A stretch of 64,000 nucleotides of DNA, taken from positions 62,001 through 126,000 of the forward strand of contig MU008194.1 of NCBI GenBank assembly GCA_010909165.1. Direction: 5' to 3'. Origin of the DNA: Anthoceros angustus. Taxonomy: Eukaryota; Plantae; Anthocerotophyta. This document shows, in pieces, positions 24,657-36,421 of the stretch. The notes under the pieces were generated by a model. The model had not been told where the DNA came from and did no database searches. It saw only the letters and a program-made list of their open reading frames with translations. The stretch's first letter is position 1. Each line of letters begins with the position of its first letter. Both the position numbers and the translations under genes were made by a program.

Positions 24657-26396
24657 ACGCATGGCAAAGCACGCACAGAAGCTCGATTTCCTCCGGGGCC
24701 CAAGGAGTTCCACTTCTAAAACCTCTCCATTTTTATGACCTCATAGAGCTCTTCGCATCTCCCAGAGTATGGGCCTTTAGTTTTATCGATTGGGATCAAG
24801 CCAACTCTTGTTGTGTCCTCTCAGGCGCGAGAGAGATCAAGGTTCACACCGAATTTGAGCAGGCCCAATATAGTTGCCAAGGACTATCTTTTGTATGGAA
24901 ACAATCACATGGCATCGCCCATACAATTCTCATTACAAGAACATGAGGTATGTCGAACGTCTTGTAGTCGAGCATCCACTTCAAGTGACAGGCGCTCGGA
25001 TGTGACGCTTGTCCGCTTTTGCGAAAGGTAGTCGTCATGGAGCTCTGAACAACAAGATTACAGCAGCTTTGAGAAACTACGAGCTCAAGAGTTGTCCTTC
25101 ATGATGAGATCCATTTGGGAGGAAAGGATCAATCACATTGGGCTGAGTGGATCCGAATGTAAAATGTCCGCTCGACCATGAACATCATGACCGATGATGA
25201 TGAGCAAGAGGTTTTTACCTACGGAGGAGAGGAAGCATTGATGGAGAGAACTGAACTTCGTCGCGGAGGTAAAGTGTTCTAGCAATAGTGTCCTTCGCCT
25301 GTCCAATGCTTCTAGCTCGATGCCGAGCTTATGACATGATGGTGCCTAATAAGTCTACAATCTTTCTCAAGGCTGCGAATTCAAGCACCTCATGGATGCG
25401 ATCCTGGTGGAGGTTGTGGCTTCTTTGGAGGACTATGTCCCGTACTTAAGCTTCCTCGACAGTGAAAACTACAAGGCGGACAGAGAAGTGCGCGTGCAGT
25501 GGACATTTTCTGGGTAAAGTCATCAGTCATGTGCGGATCAAGGCGAAGAAGTGAAGGCGATGCGGACTTTCTCCATGTCCTGCTCTCCGCCCGGTCCCGA
25601 TGGGCGATGCGGTGATGACAACCTAAAGGGCTTTACGCCAAGAAAGACGTTCTGAAGAAGTTTCGTTTAAGGCATAATTGCAATTGAAGAACGCTCATCC
25701 TAGCGAACGCTTGTTGCGATCTCTTCATTGCACCGATACTTCCAGCATCACGGTTGAGTGGGCTATGTCGAGCTAACGAGACACCCTCACATCATGAAAC
25801 GAAGAAGAGCTTGACACATGGTGGGCACGGAGTCGTTTAGTGGCGGAGTCGGATCTTCCACAACTTCCTTACCTCGTGAATATTGTGAAGGAGACTTTCC
25901 GGCTTCACCCGGTGGTGCCTGTTGATCCTCATGAATCTCTGACCTTGCCAAGTTCTCGGGTTACGAGATACCGCAAAGTCTAGGTGCTGGTCAATATATG
26001 GGCGATGGGGGCTCAGTCCGGAAGATGCCCTCTCGTTCAACCCGGATAGATTCCGGGGCGAATGCGTTTGCGTCTTCGCGATCTTGAACCCTAATTTACG
26101 AGACGAAGGCATATACTTCATAGATGTCATGAGTTTACGGATGCGAGGGACCTTGATGTCGAGGGAAACACTTGAGCTTCTTCCTTTGAAGCAGGAAGGA
26201 GAGGTTGCCCGGGCATGACATTAGGCCTCACTTTGGTCCAAGATGCTCTTTAGCTCGACTTCTTCAAGCGTTCACTTGGTCTCACGGATGGGAAGAAGCG
26301 AGCATTTGGACATGTCCAGGCTTTCGGACTCACGCTCCCAGGCTCGACTTGATTGTCCCATCTCAACGACTGGCTCATGTAATGAACGAAATGTAA
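24657..26396 (+). pseudogene. Cytochrome P450 copy C, 5'-truncated, many indels
   Basis: Colinear from HGKA to the stop (gaaatgtaa at 26396); remnants of [10 protein letters not shown] and GRRGCPG. Confidence 0.88.
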
Positions 26397-26881
26397 CCCA
26401 TCTCGGTATGTATAGTTTCAGTTGCAATGCGAGGTGGACATGGAGTTTAGTTGCTCTTTTACTTATCCTTGAGATGTGCCTTTGATGTTCTTTAGTAGAT
26501 GGGTTTACCCATATAGTAATGGGTATATTCATATAAAAGTTTAGTACAAGATACTCAATATAATTCGCAATCTTTAACTTTAAGTCTTCGTCCGGTATAT
26601 ATACACTTCTACTCATAATAGTCTTTGGCATTGTTTGTCAATAAGCTAGAAACTTCAAACTCATTGCAGAAAATACAAAGCAACTCCATGGATTATTGTG
26701 CAGGTGATAGGCAACAAGTGGAGGTTGTTCATGTTGTAGGAGAAGATTATCATGCGCATTGTGTTCACATGAAGTGGTAGAAATATCATTGCCGGTCTTT
26801 GGGAACAGGAGGGTTCTTACAAAATGATTGTCAATGTAGAATAAGAGTTGAACCCTCACATGGCTCTAGGGCGCCCTAATT

Positions 26882-27092
26882 GAGTAGAGGAATTCAACTA
26901 GTCTTTGAAGTCCAATACATATCATCCTAGTAAGAAAGAGTAGAGAAATTCTACTGGTCTTTAAAATCCAATACATATCATTCTTAGTAAGAAAGAGTAG
27001 AGGAATTCTACTAGTCTTTAAAGTCCAATACATATCATCCTTGGTAAGAAAGAGTAGAGGAATTCTACTGGTCTTTAAAGTCCAATACATAT
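26882..27092. repeat. 56-57-bp minisatellite (~3.7 copies); ~2.5 copies again at 32226-32366
   Basis: Unit gagtagaggaattctactagtctttaaagtccaatacatatcatcc(t)tagtaagaaa. Confidence 0.92.
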
Positions 27093-29756
27093 TTATCCCT
27101 AGTACGAAAGCATGTACTCAATATGAGACTTGTTTTTTAGTGTGCATGAGGAGATCCACCAAACCTGCTTTGCATAGCCCATGGTATAGCTGTGTAATTC
27201 TCGAATTAAAATATAAGTTCTCCTTCAACCATTCCTTTGCATTTTTCCAGAAACCTTTTGTTCTTAATTGATGGCGTCTCATATGAGGTGGGTGCATTTG
27301 CAAGCTGGATGTCTCAGAAGGGTGCATCTTTAGGCTGGTTTTCCTCGTTGTCTTCGTCCTACTCTCTTGGTGACATCATGAAGAAAAATTTAGTACAGGT
27401 AGCAAAATCTTAAATTAGGGTTGCATCATTTACTCGCTTTGGAGTCCTCTTACCTTTTACGTACAAGCATCTTCTCGTCAAGTCTTCCCCAAATTTGTTC
27501 CAAGGTAAACACCCGAGCTTCCAAGAACCATTCCTTGGTTGGTCCTCTTTCTCCCCTTGCAATCTTCCAAGCTCCTCCCATTCTTCCACAACTGTTGCAA
27601 AAGCCTCTTTTGGGCGTTCCTGATTTAGGTGATCTTTAGATTCACCGGATTGGTGATTGCTAGAGGGAGCTTGTCATGATGACGACTCTCTTTTTTCATA
27701 AGCAATGGCCCCAGCCAATGTGCTTGCAGAAGATGGCGATTAAATTGCAAAACATTGTTGCTATATACCTTTAACCAGCTCAAGCACATGTAAGTGTAAA
27801 TAAGCTTCTTGTGCACTCTCAATGTTGTTATTTTATAGTCCACATCGAGCTTGGCAGCTGGACCTGCAACTAAATTTGCTTGTCCACAAGCGAGACCTGC
27901 AAGAATTGGAAGAAAGGCTGCCTATTTAAGACTTGCAATTAGACCAATATGACAAGTGAACATTAAATATGGTAAAATAACCATATGCGTGAGCAACCCA
28001 AATAATGGTTAAGAATCCACGAATTTCAATCAATATGAAAACAGAGAATATATGCAATCACTATATTAATATATGGTTAAAAAATCCATAAATAATTGAA
28101 TAAATAAAATATAATTTATACCAAACAATAAATATAAATAATCAAAATAAGGAATACTAAAATCAAAATACATACCCTCAAGCCTCCCCAACCTCAAACT
28201 CTAAAAGAGCCCTCACAAGCTCCAACCCTAAAGGATTCTTTCAAGCTCGAACCCTAAAAACCAGGAGAGTAAGCAAGTATACATACTATGGTAAACCAAC
28301 CGGATGAGTTCAAAACCCCAATAATGATCACAAATCTATATGAACATTTCAAATCAATATTACGATAGAAAAGCATATTTCTAATTATTATATTAATATA
28401 TAGCTCAAAAATATAGAATAAAAATAATAGTCAAAAGACAAAAAAATAACAATCAACAACCAAAATAGTAAATACTAAAATGAAAATACATACCCTAAAA
28501 AGAGCCTCCCCCAAGCGGAAAACCTAAACTCGAACCCTAAAAGACGCTCCCAAACGAGCCGCCGTACGCGGGCTCCGGAAAGTACGGAGCCGTCCACAAT
28601 GTGGCCCCGCTACTGGGCCTGTGTGTTTTCCGGGCCTTTTGTACCCGAATGGCTTGTAGAGAGAGAGAGCGGGTACCGGTAACCGGCCGTCAAGGTGCCA
28701 TCGTGGCACCCAAAAGGTCAGTCCGCCCGCCCTGACTCCTTGCCTCTAGCTAACTGCAAACATTGACTGTGGCCAATCCAGAGGGCTTGCGTCAATGACA
28801 CTCTCTGGACGATGCTCACAGATGCCCACTGCTAGATTGCCGGGTTGTGATACAGTTGCCGTACAGACACGGTCTCCCTTCTCATACTGGAAATTTCTTT
28901 GCATTCGTAACTATTCACACATTGGTACCATATCACGGTCAGGGGTCTTCTTGTGGTTTGTGGAACCGCGTCTCACGATTCCAAAGTCTTTCAGGACCTC
29001 TGAATTGAGCAGACTGGCCAATGCCAAGTTCAGTTGCCACCAACCTTGAAATGTGCCACAACACAAGATAGGCAACAACATCGTACACTCGCGGTTCCAA
29101 TCCAAACACGGTCCCTTATTCTATACAAGCGTTTGACAATTTGCTTCCAGCATCTCCTCTGCGAACAGACCACAAAAGTCTACTAAATCCTTGTTCATTA
29201 CCAAACTCCGTGAACAATGGGTAACTTATTTCATTTTATTTTAGCTCAATATCTAGCGAGCTTATACCTCGCAAAAGAAAACCCCACAAGGAGTCAGTCC
29301 CCACTCGAGGACCGCGGCGTCAAGGAACTTGGTACTTTAACAACTTGTACACTTGAGGAGCGCGGCGGCGTCATGGAACTTGGTACTTAACAATTTGTAC
29401 CATGGTGTGCCTAAGTTACTTGTACCAAGGGCATCCACTCCCTTTAGACACCCCATGTAAGTAGCGATCTAAATTCAGGATGCTTAATGACGGCGTTCTT
29501 ATAAATGTGTGTCCATTTGGACACGGGAAGCGGGCTAGTGTTGTGTGGAGATTTAGTACCTGCCACGGATTTCGCCTGGCCAGGTAAGACAAAAGGAAAT
29601 AAAATAAAAACGTTGAAGGCATCTCAAGTTATGATTCGAGATCAGATCCCGGCTCGAAACCCGGAGATGCAGCTCGATCCACGGGGAAGGCTCCATAGAG
29701 CTTAAGAACGACAAGTGCTGCTTCCCTGCTAGTGGAGCTGCATTCCTGAGCATCCC

Positions 29757-31718
29757 ATGGAGGGCACCATCGTGTTGTCATGGATCCTGGTTGTGGTGGC
29801 AATGCTGAGTGCTTATGTTCTGCATGGCAAAGCACGGGCACAGAAGCTCAGATTTCCTCCAGGGCCCAAGGGAGTCCCCCTTCTGGGAAACCTCTCCATT
29901 TTTATGACCTCGGCCCCGCATAGGGAGCTCTTTCGCATCTCCCAGGAGTATGGGCCTTTAGTTTTTATCAGATTGGGATCGAAGCCAACTCTTGTTGTGT
30001 CCTCTCCAGAACTGGCCAGAGATGCTGAAGGTTCACGACCAGAATTTTGCAGACAGGCCCAATATAGTTGCCAAGGACTATCTTTTGTATGGAAACAATC
30101 ACATGTCGTACTGCCCTTACAATTCGCATTACAAGAACATGAGGTATGTCAGAGAAGTCTTGTAGTCGAGCATCCACTTCGAAGTGAGGCAGGCAGTTCG
30201 GGATGTGACGCTTGTCTGTTTTGCAGAAAGGTAGTCGTCATGGAGCTCCTGAACAACAAGAGATTACAGCAGTTTGAGAAACTACGAGCTCAAGAGTTGT
30301 CCTTCATGATGAGATCCATTTGGGAGGAAAGGATCAGCGAATCTGTTGCAGGGGCTGGAGTGGATCTGAATGTAAAAATGTGCTGCCTGACCATGAACAT
30401 CATGACCCAGATGATGATGAGCAAGAGGTTTTTTACCTACGGAGGAGAGGAAGCATTGATGGAGAGAACTGCAGAACTCAGTCAATCTGCTGCGGAGGTA
30501 AAGTGTTCTAGCAATAGTGTCCCTTCGCCTGTCCAATGCTTCTAGCTCTGGACTGTCGAGCTTATGACATGATGGTGCCTAATAAGTCTACAATCTTTCT
30601 CAAGGCTGCGGAATTCAAGCACCTCATGGATGCGATCCTGCGGCTGGAGGTTGTGGCACTGCTGGAGGACTATGTCCCGTACTTAAGCTTCCTCGACAGA
30701 GTGAAAAACTACAAGGCAGACATGCAGAAAGTGCGTAAGCGAGTGGACATTTTCCTGGGTAAAGTCATAGCTGATCATCGGCGGGCACAGATCAAGGGCG
30801 AAGAAGTGAAGGCTGACGCAGACTTTCTCCATGTCCTGCTCTCTCTGCCCGGTCCCGATGGGGCAGAAGTCTGGACTGATGACAACCTAAAGGGCTTTCT
30901 GCTTGTAAGAAAGACGTTCCTGAAGAAGTTTCGTTTAAGGCATAATCTGCAGCCTTGAAGAACGCTCATCCTAGCGAACGCTTGTTGCAGGATCTCTTCA
31001 TTGCAGGCACTGATACTTCCAGCATCACGGTTGAGTGGGCTATGTCAGAACTGCTGAGACACCCTCACATCATGAAGAACGCACAGCAAGAGCTTGACAC
31101 TGTGGTGGGCACAGGTCGTTTAGTGGCGGAGTCAGATCTTCCACAACTTCCTTACCTCGTGAATATTGTGAAGGAGACTTTCCGGCTTCACCCGGTGGTG
31201 CCTCTGTTGATCCCTCATGAATCCGTACAGCCTTGCCAAGTTCTGGGTTACGAGATACCTGCAAAGTCTAGGCTGCTGGTCAATATATGGGCGATGGGGC
31301 AGGAGCTCTGAAGTCTGGGAAGATGCCCTCTCGTTCAACCCGGATAGATTCCAGGACAGGTACGTTTGCGTCTTCACTGATCTTGAACCCTAATTTACCA
31401 GACGAAGGCATATACTTCACTTAGATGCTGTCATGAGTTTCTGGATGCAGGGACCTTGATGTCAGAGAGGAAACACTTGAGCTTCTTCCTTTCGGAACAG
31501 GAAGGAGAGGTTGCCCGGGCATGACATTAGGCCTCACTTTGGTCCAGTACTCTTTAGCTCGACTTCTTCAAGCGTTCACTTGGTCTCTGCCGGATGGGAA
31601 GAAGCCAGAGCATTTGGACATGTCCGAGGCTTTCGGACTCACGCTCCCCAGAGCTCAGCACTTGATTGCCGTCCCATCTCAACGACTGTCGCCTCACATG
31701 TACGAAACGAAAATGTAA
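29757..31718 (+). CDS. Cytochrome P450, CYP71 clan (copy D), 5 exons, a few 1-2 nt frameshifts as assembled
   Basis: N-terminal TM helix, PPGPKG hinge, AGTDTSS I-helix, ExxR (KETFR) and [11 protein letters not shown] heme motif. Indels at ~30018 (ga run), ~31296 (g run) and ~31470. Confidence 0.88.
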
Positions 31719-33982
31719 CCCATCTCAGGTATGTATAGTTTCAGGTTGCAATGCAGTAGGTGGACATGGAGTTTAGTTGCTCTTTTTACTTATCCTTGAG
31801 ATGTGCCTTTGATGTTCTTTAGTAGATGGGTTTACCCATATAGTAATGGGTATATTCATATAAAAGTTTAGTACAAGATACTCAATATAATTACTGCAAT
31901 CTTTAACTTTAAGTCTTCGTCCGGTATATATACACTTCTACTCATAATAGTCTTTGGCATTGTTTGTCAATAAGCTAGAAACTTCAAACTCATTGCAGAG
32001 AAAATACAAAGCAACTCCATGGATTATTGTGCAAGGTGATAGGCAACAAGTGCTGGAGGTTGTTCATGTTGTAGGAGAAGATTATCATGCCGCTGCATTG
32101 TGTTCACATGAAGTGGTAGAGAAAATATCATTGCCGGCAGTCTTTGGGAACAGGAGGGTTCTTACAAAATGATTGTCAATGTAGAATAAGAGTTGAACCC
32201 TCACATGGCTCTAGGGCGCCCTAATTGAGTAGAGGAATTCAACTAGTCTTTGAAGTCCAATACATATCATCCCTAGTAAGAAAGAGTAGAGAAATTCTAC
32301 TGGTCTTTAAAATCCAATACATATCATTCTTAGTAAGAAAGAGTAGAGGAATTCTACTAGTCTTTAAATAATCAAAATAAGGAATACTAAAATCAAAATA
32401 CATACCCTCAAGCCTCCCCAACCTCAAACTCTAAAAAGAGCCCTCACAAGCTCCAACCCTAAAGGATTCTTTCAAGCTCGAACCCTAAAAACCAGGGAGA
32501 GTAAGCAAGTATACATACTATGGTAAACCAACCGGATGAGTTCAAAACCCCAATAATGATCACAAATCTATATGAACATTTCAAATCAATATTACGATAG
32601 AAAAGCATATTTCTAATTATTATATTAATATATAGCTCAAAATATAGAATAAAAATAATAGTCAAAGACAAAAAAATAACAATCAACAACCAAAATAGTA
32701 AATACTAAAATGAAAATACATACCTAAAAAGAGCCTCCCCAAGCGGAAAACCTAAACTCGAACCCTAAAAAGACGCTCCCAAACGAGCTGCCGTACGCGG
32801 GCTCCGGAAAGTACGGAGCCGTCCACAATGTGGCCCGCTACTGGGCCTGTGTGTTTTCCGGGCCTTTTGTACCAGATGAATGGGGAGAGAGAGCGGGTAC
32901 CGGTAACCGGCCGTCAAGGTACCATCGTGGCACCCAAAAGGTCGGTCCGCCCGCCCCTGACTCCTTGCCTCTAGCTAACTGCAAACATTGACTGTGGCCA
33001 ATCCAGAGGGCTTGCGTCAATGACACTCTCTGGACGATGCTCACAGATGCCCACTGCTAGATTGCCGGGTTGTGATACAGTTGCCGTACAGACACGGTCT
33101 CCCTTCTCATACTGGAAATTTCTTTGCATTCGTAACTATTCCACATATTGGTACCATATCACGGTCAGGGGTCTTCTTGTGGTTTGTGGAACCGCGTCTC
33201 ACGATTCCAAAGTCTTTCAGGACCTCAGAGTTGAGCAGACTCGCCAATGCCAAGTTCAGTTGCGACCAAGCTTGAAATGTGCCACAACACAAGATAGGCA
33301 ACAACATCGTACACTCGCGGTTCCAATCCAAACACGGTCCCTTATTCTATACAAGCGTTTGACAATTTGCTTCCAGCATCTCCTCTGCGAACAGACCACA
33401 AAAGTCTACTAAATCCTTGTTCATCACCAAACTCCGTGAATAATGGGTAACTTATTTCATTTTATTTTAGCTCAATATCTAGCGAGCTTATACCTCGCAA
33501 AAGAAAACCCCACAAGGAGTCAGTCCCCACTCGAGGACCGCGGCGTCAAGGAACTTGGTACTTAAACAACTTGTACACTTGAGGAGCGCGGCGGCGTCAT
33601 GGAACTTGGTACTTAACAATTTGTACCATGGTGTGCCTAAGTTACTTGTACCAAGGGCATCCAATCCTTTAGACACCCCATCTAAGTAGCGATCTAAATT
33701 CAGGATGCTTAATGACGGCGTTCTTATAAATGTGTGTGCATTTGGACACGGGAAGCGGGCTAGTGTTGTGTGGAGATTTAGTACCTGCCACGGATTTCGC
33801 CTGGCCAGGTAAGACAAAAGGAAATAAAATAAAAAACGGTGAAGGCATCTAAAGTCACGATTCGACATCACATCCCGGCTCGAGACCCGGAGATGCAGCT
33901 CTATCCACAGGGAAGGCTCCATAGAGCTTAAGAACGACAAGTGCTGCTTCCCTGCTAGAGGAGCTGCATTCCTGAGCATCCC

Positions 33983-35944
33983 ATGGAGGGCACCATCGTG
34001 TTGTCATGGATCCTGGTTGTGGTGGCAATGCTGAGTGCTTATTTTCTGCATGGCAAAGCACGGGCACAGAAGCTCAGATTTCCTCCAGGGCCCAAGGGAG
34101 TTCCACTTCTCGGAAACCTCTCCATTTTTATGACCTCGGCCCCGCATAGGAGCTCTTTCGCATCTCCCAGGAGTATGGGCCTTTAGTTTTATCAGATTGG
34201 GATCGAAGCCAACTCTTGTTGTGTCCTCTCCAGAACTGGCCAGAGAGATGCTGAAGGTTCACGACCAGAATTTTGCAGACAGGCCCAATATAGTTGCCAA
34301 GGACCATCTTTTGTATGGAAACAATCACATGTCGTACTGCCCTTACAATTCGCATTACAAGAACATGAGGTATGTCAGAAAAGTCTTGTAGTCGAGCATC
34401 CACTTCGAAGTGACAGGCAGGCAGTTCGGGATGTGACGCTTGTCTGTTTTGCAGAAAGGTAGTCGTCATGGAGCTCCTGAACAACAAGAGATTACAGCAG
34501 TTTGAGAAACTACGAGCCCAAGAGTTGTCCTTCATGATGAGATCCATTTGGGAGGAAAGGACCAGCAAATCTGTTGCAGGGGCAGGAGTGGATCTGAATG
34601 TAAAAATGTGGTGCCTGACCATGAACATCATGACCCAGATGATGATGAGCAAGAGGTTTTTTACCTACGGAGGAGAGGAAGCATTGATAGAGAGAACTGC
34701 AGAACTCAGTCAGGCTGCTGCTGAGGTAAGGTGTTCTAGCAACAGTGCCCCTTTGCCTGTCCAATGCTTCTAGCTCTGGACTGTTGAGCTTATGACATGA
34801 TGGTGGCTAAAAATTCTACAATTTTTCTCAAGGCTGCGGAATTCAAGCACCTCATGGATGCGATCCTGCGGCTGGAGGTTCTGGCACTGCTGGAGGACTA
34901 TGTCCCGTACCTAAGCTTCCTTGACAGAGTGAAAAACTACAAGGCAGACATGCAGAAAGTGCGTCAGCGAGTGGACATTTTCCTGGGTAAAGTCATAGCT
35001 GATCATCGGCGAACACAGACCAAGGGCGAAGAAGTGAAGGCTGATGCAGACTTTCTACATGTCCTGCTCTCTTTGCCCGGGCCCGATGGGGCAGAACGCT
35101 GGACTGATGACAACCTAAAGGGCATTCTGCTTGTAAGAGAGACTTCTTGAGGAAATTTCGTTTAAGGCATAACCAGCAGCCTTGGAGAAAGCTCATCCTA
35201 CCGGATGCCTGTTGCAGGATCTTTTCATTGCAGGCACTGATACTTCCAGCATCACGGTTGAGTGGGCTATGTCAGAACTGCTGAGACACCCTCACATCAT
35301 GAAGAACGCACAGCAAGAGCTTGACACTGTGGTGGGCACAGGTCGTTTAGTGGCGGAGTCAGATCTTCCACAACTTCCTTACCTCGTGAATATTGTGAAG
35401 GAGACTTTCCGGCTTCACCCGGTGGCGCCTCTGTTGATCCCTCATGAATCCGTACAGCCTTGCCAAGTTCTGGGTTACGAGATACCTGCACAGTCTAGGC
35501 TGCTGGTCAATATTTGGGCGATGGGCAGGAGCTCTGAAGTCTGGGAAGATGCCCTCTCGTTCAACCCGGATAGATTCCAGGGCAGGTACGTTTGCGTCTT
35601 CACTGATCTTGAACCCTAATTTACCAGACGAAGGCATATACTTCACTCAGATTCTGTCATGCGTTTCTGGATGCAGGGACCTTGATGTCAGAGGGAAACA
35701 CTTCGAGCTTCTTCCTTTCGGAACAGGAAGGAGAGGTTGCCCGGGCATGACATTAGGCCTCACTTTGGTCCAGTACTCTTTAGCTCGACTTCTTCAAGCG
35801 TTCACTTGGTCTTTGCCGGATGGGAAGAAGCCAGAGCACTTGGACATGTCCGAGGCTTTCGGACTCGCACTCCCCAGAGCTCAGCACTTGATTGCCGTCC
35901 CATCTCAACGACTGTCGCCTCACATGTACGAAGCGAAAATGTAA
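33983..35944 (+). CDS. Cytochrome P450, CYP71 clan (copy E), 5 exons: 33983-34369, 34455-34725, 34833-35132, 35218-35585, 35677-35944
   Basis: All GT-AG junctions join in phase. Motifs as in copy D plus FNPDRF (PERF-like). One visible 1-nt loss at ~34150 (catagg vs cataggg in copy D). Confidence 0.92.
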
Positions 35945-36421
35945 CCCATCTCAGGTGTGTTTTAAGTGAAGTAGTTCCATATTCATAGGCTTGTTGAAAA
36001 CATTGCTAGCTTTCAACTTGTGAACTTGGTTTCCTTATTATTGAGTGCACGACACTTATTGACCTGGTTGCTTTACAACCGAGTGCACGACACGATCATG
36101 CACTGACTTGCTTGTGGGCTCGGTTAGGAGATTTGAAACCAGACATGCTGAACAGTGCCCCAGCACGCAGAGCCTATCTCGTATCAAGATCGTGAGTTGT
36201 GTGTTTGAATTTCCTAGCACGTTATTCACATAAAGCTGCTGAACTTGCTTCCTTGGTAGGAAAGGGGATGTAGTTCTCCCGATGCCCTTCGGTGTAAATG
36301 AGACCGCCCATCCTCTTTGTCATACAAAGATCCCACCATCTCTTTTGATAATCGACATGGATGCACTTCATCCATATCATTTTAGGTGACCAGAATTGTG
36401 GAAGGGTGGACCTCCAACAAT

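Noticed and set aside
27090-28135. Short ORFs in the 1.1-kb segment unique to the spacer before P450 copy D
   Set aside because: Possibly decayed transposon sequence, but no motif could be identified
28900-29150. LINE ORF2 C-terminal remnant upstream of P450 copies D and E (VYDVVAYLVLWHIS)
   Set aside because: Only one short motif resemblance with stops nearby; not enough to call
36050-36421. Hidden or frameshifted DYW domain downstream of the long PPR gene (fragments DKEDGRSH and IRDRLCVLGHCSAC)
   Set aside because: No HxE motif, His-to-Cys spacing is about 45-50 codons instead of about 28, several stops, and no DYW-like end; an HMM search could revisit this
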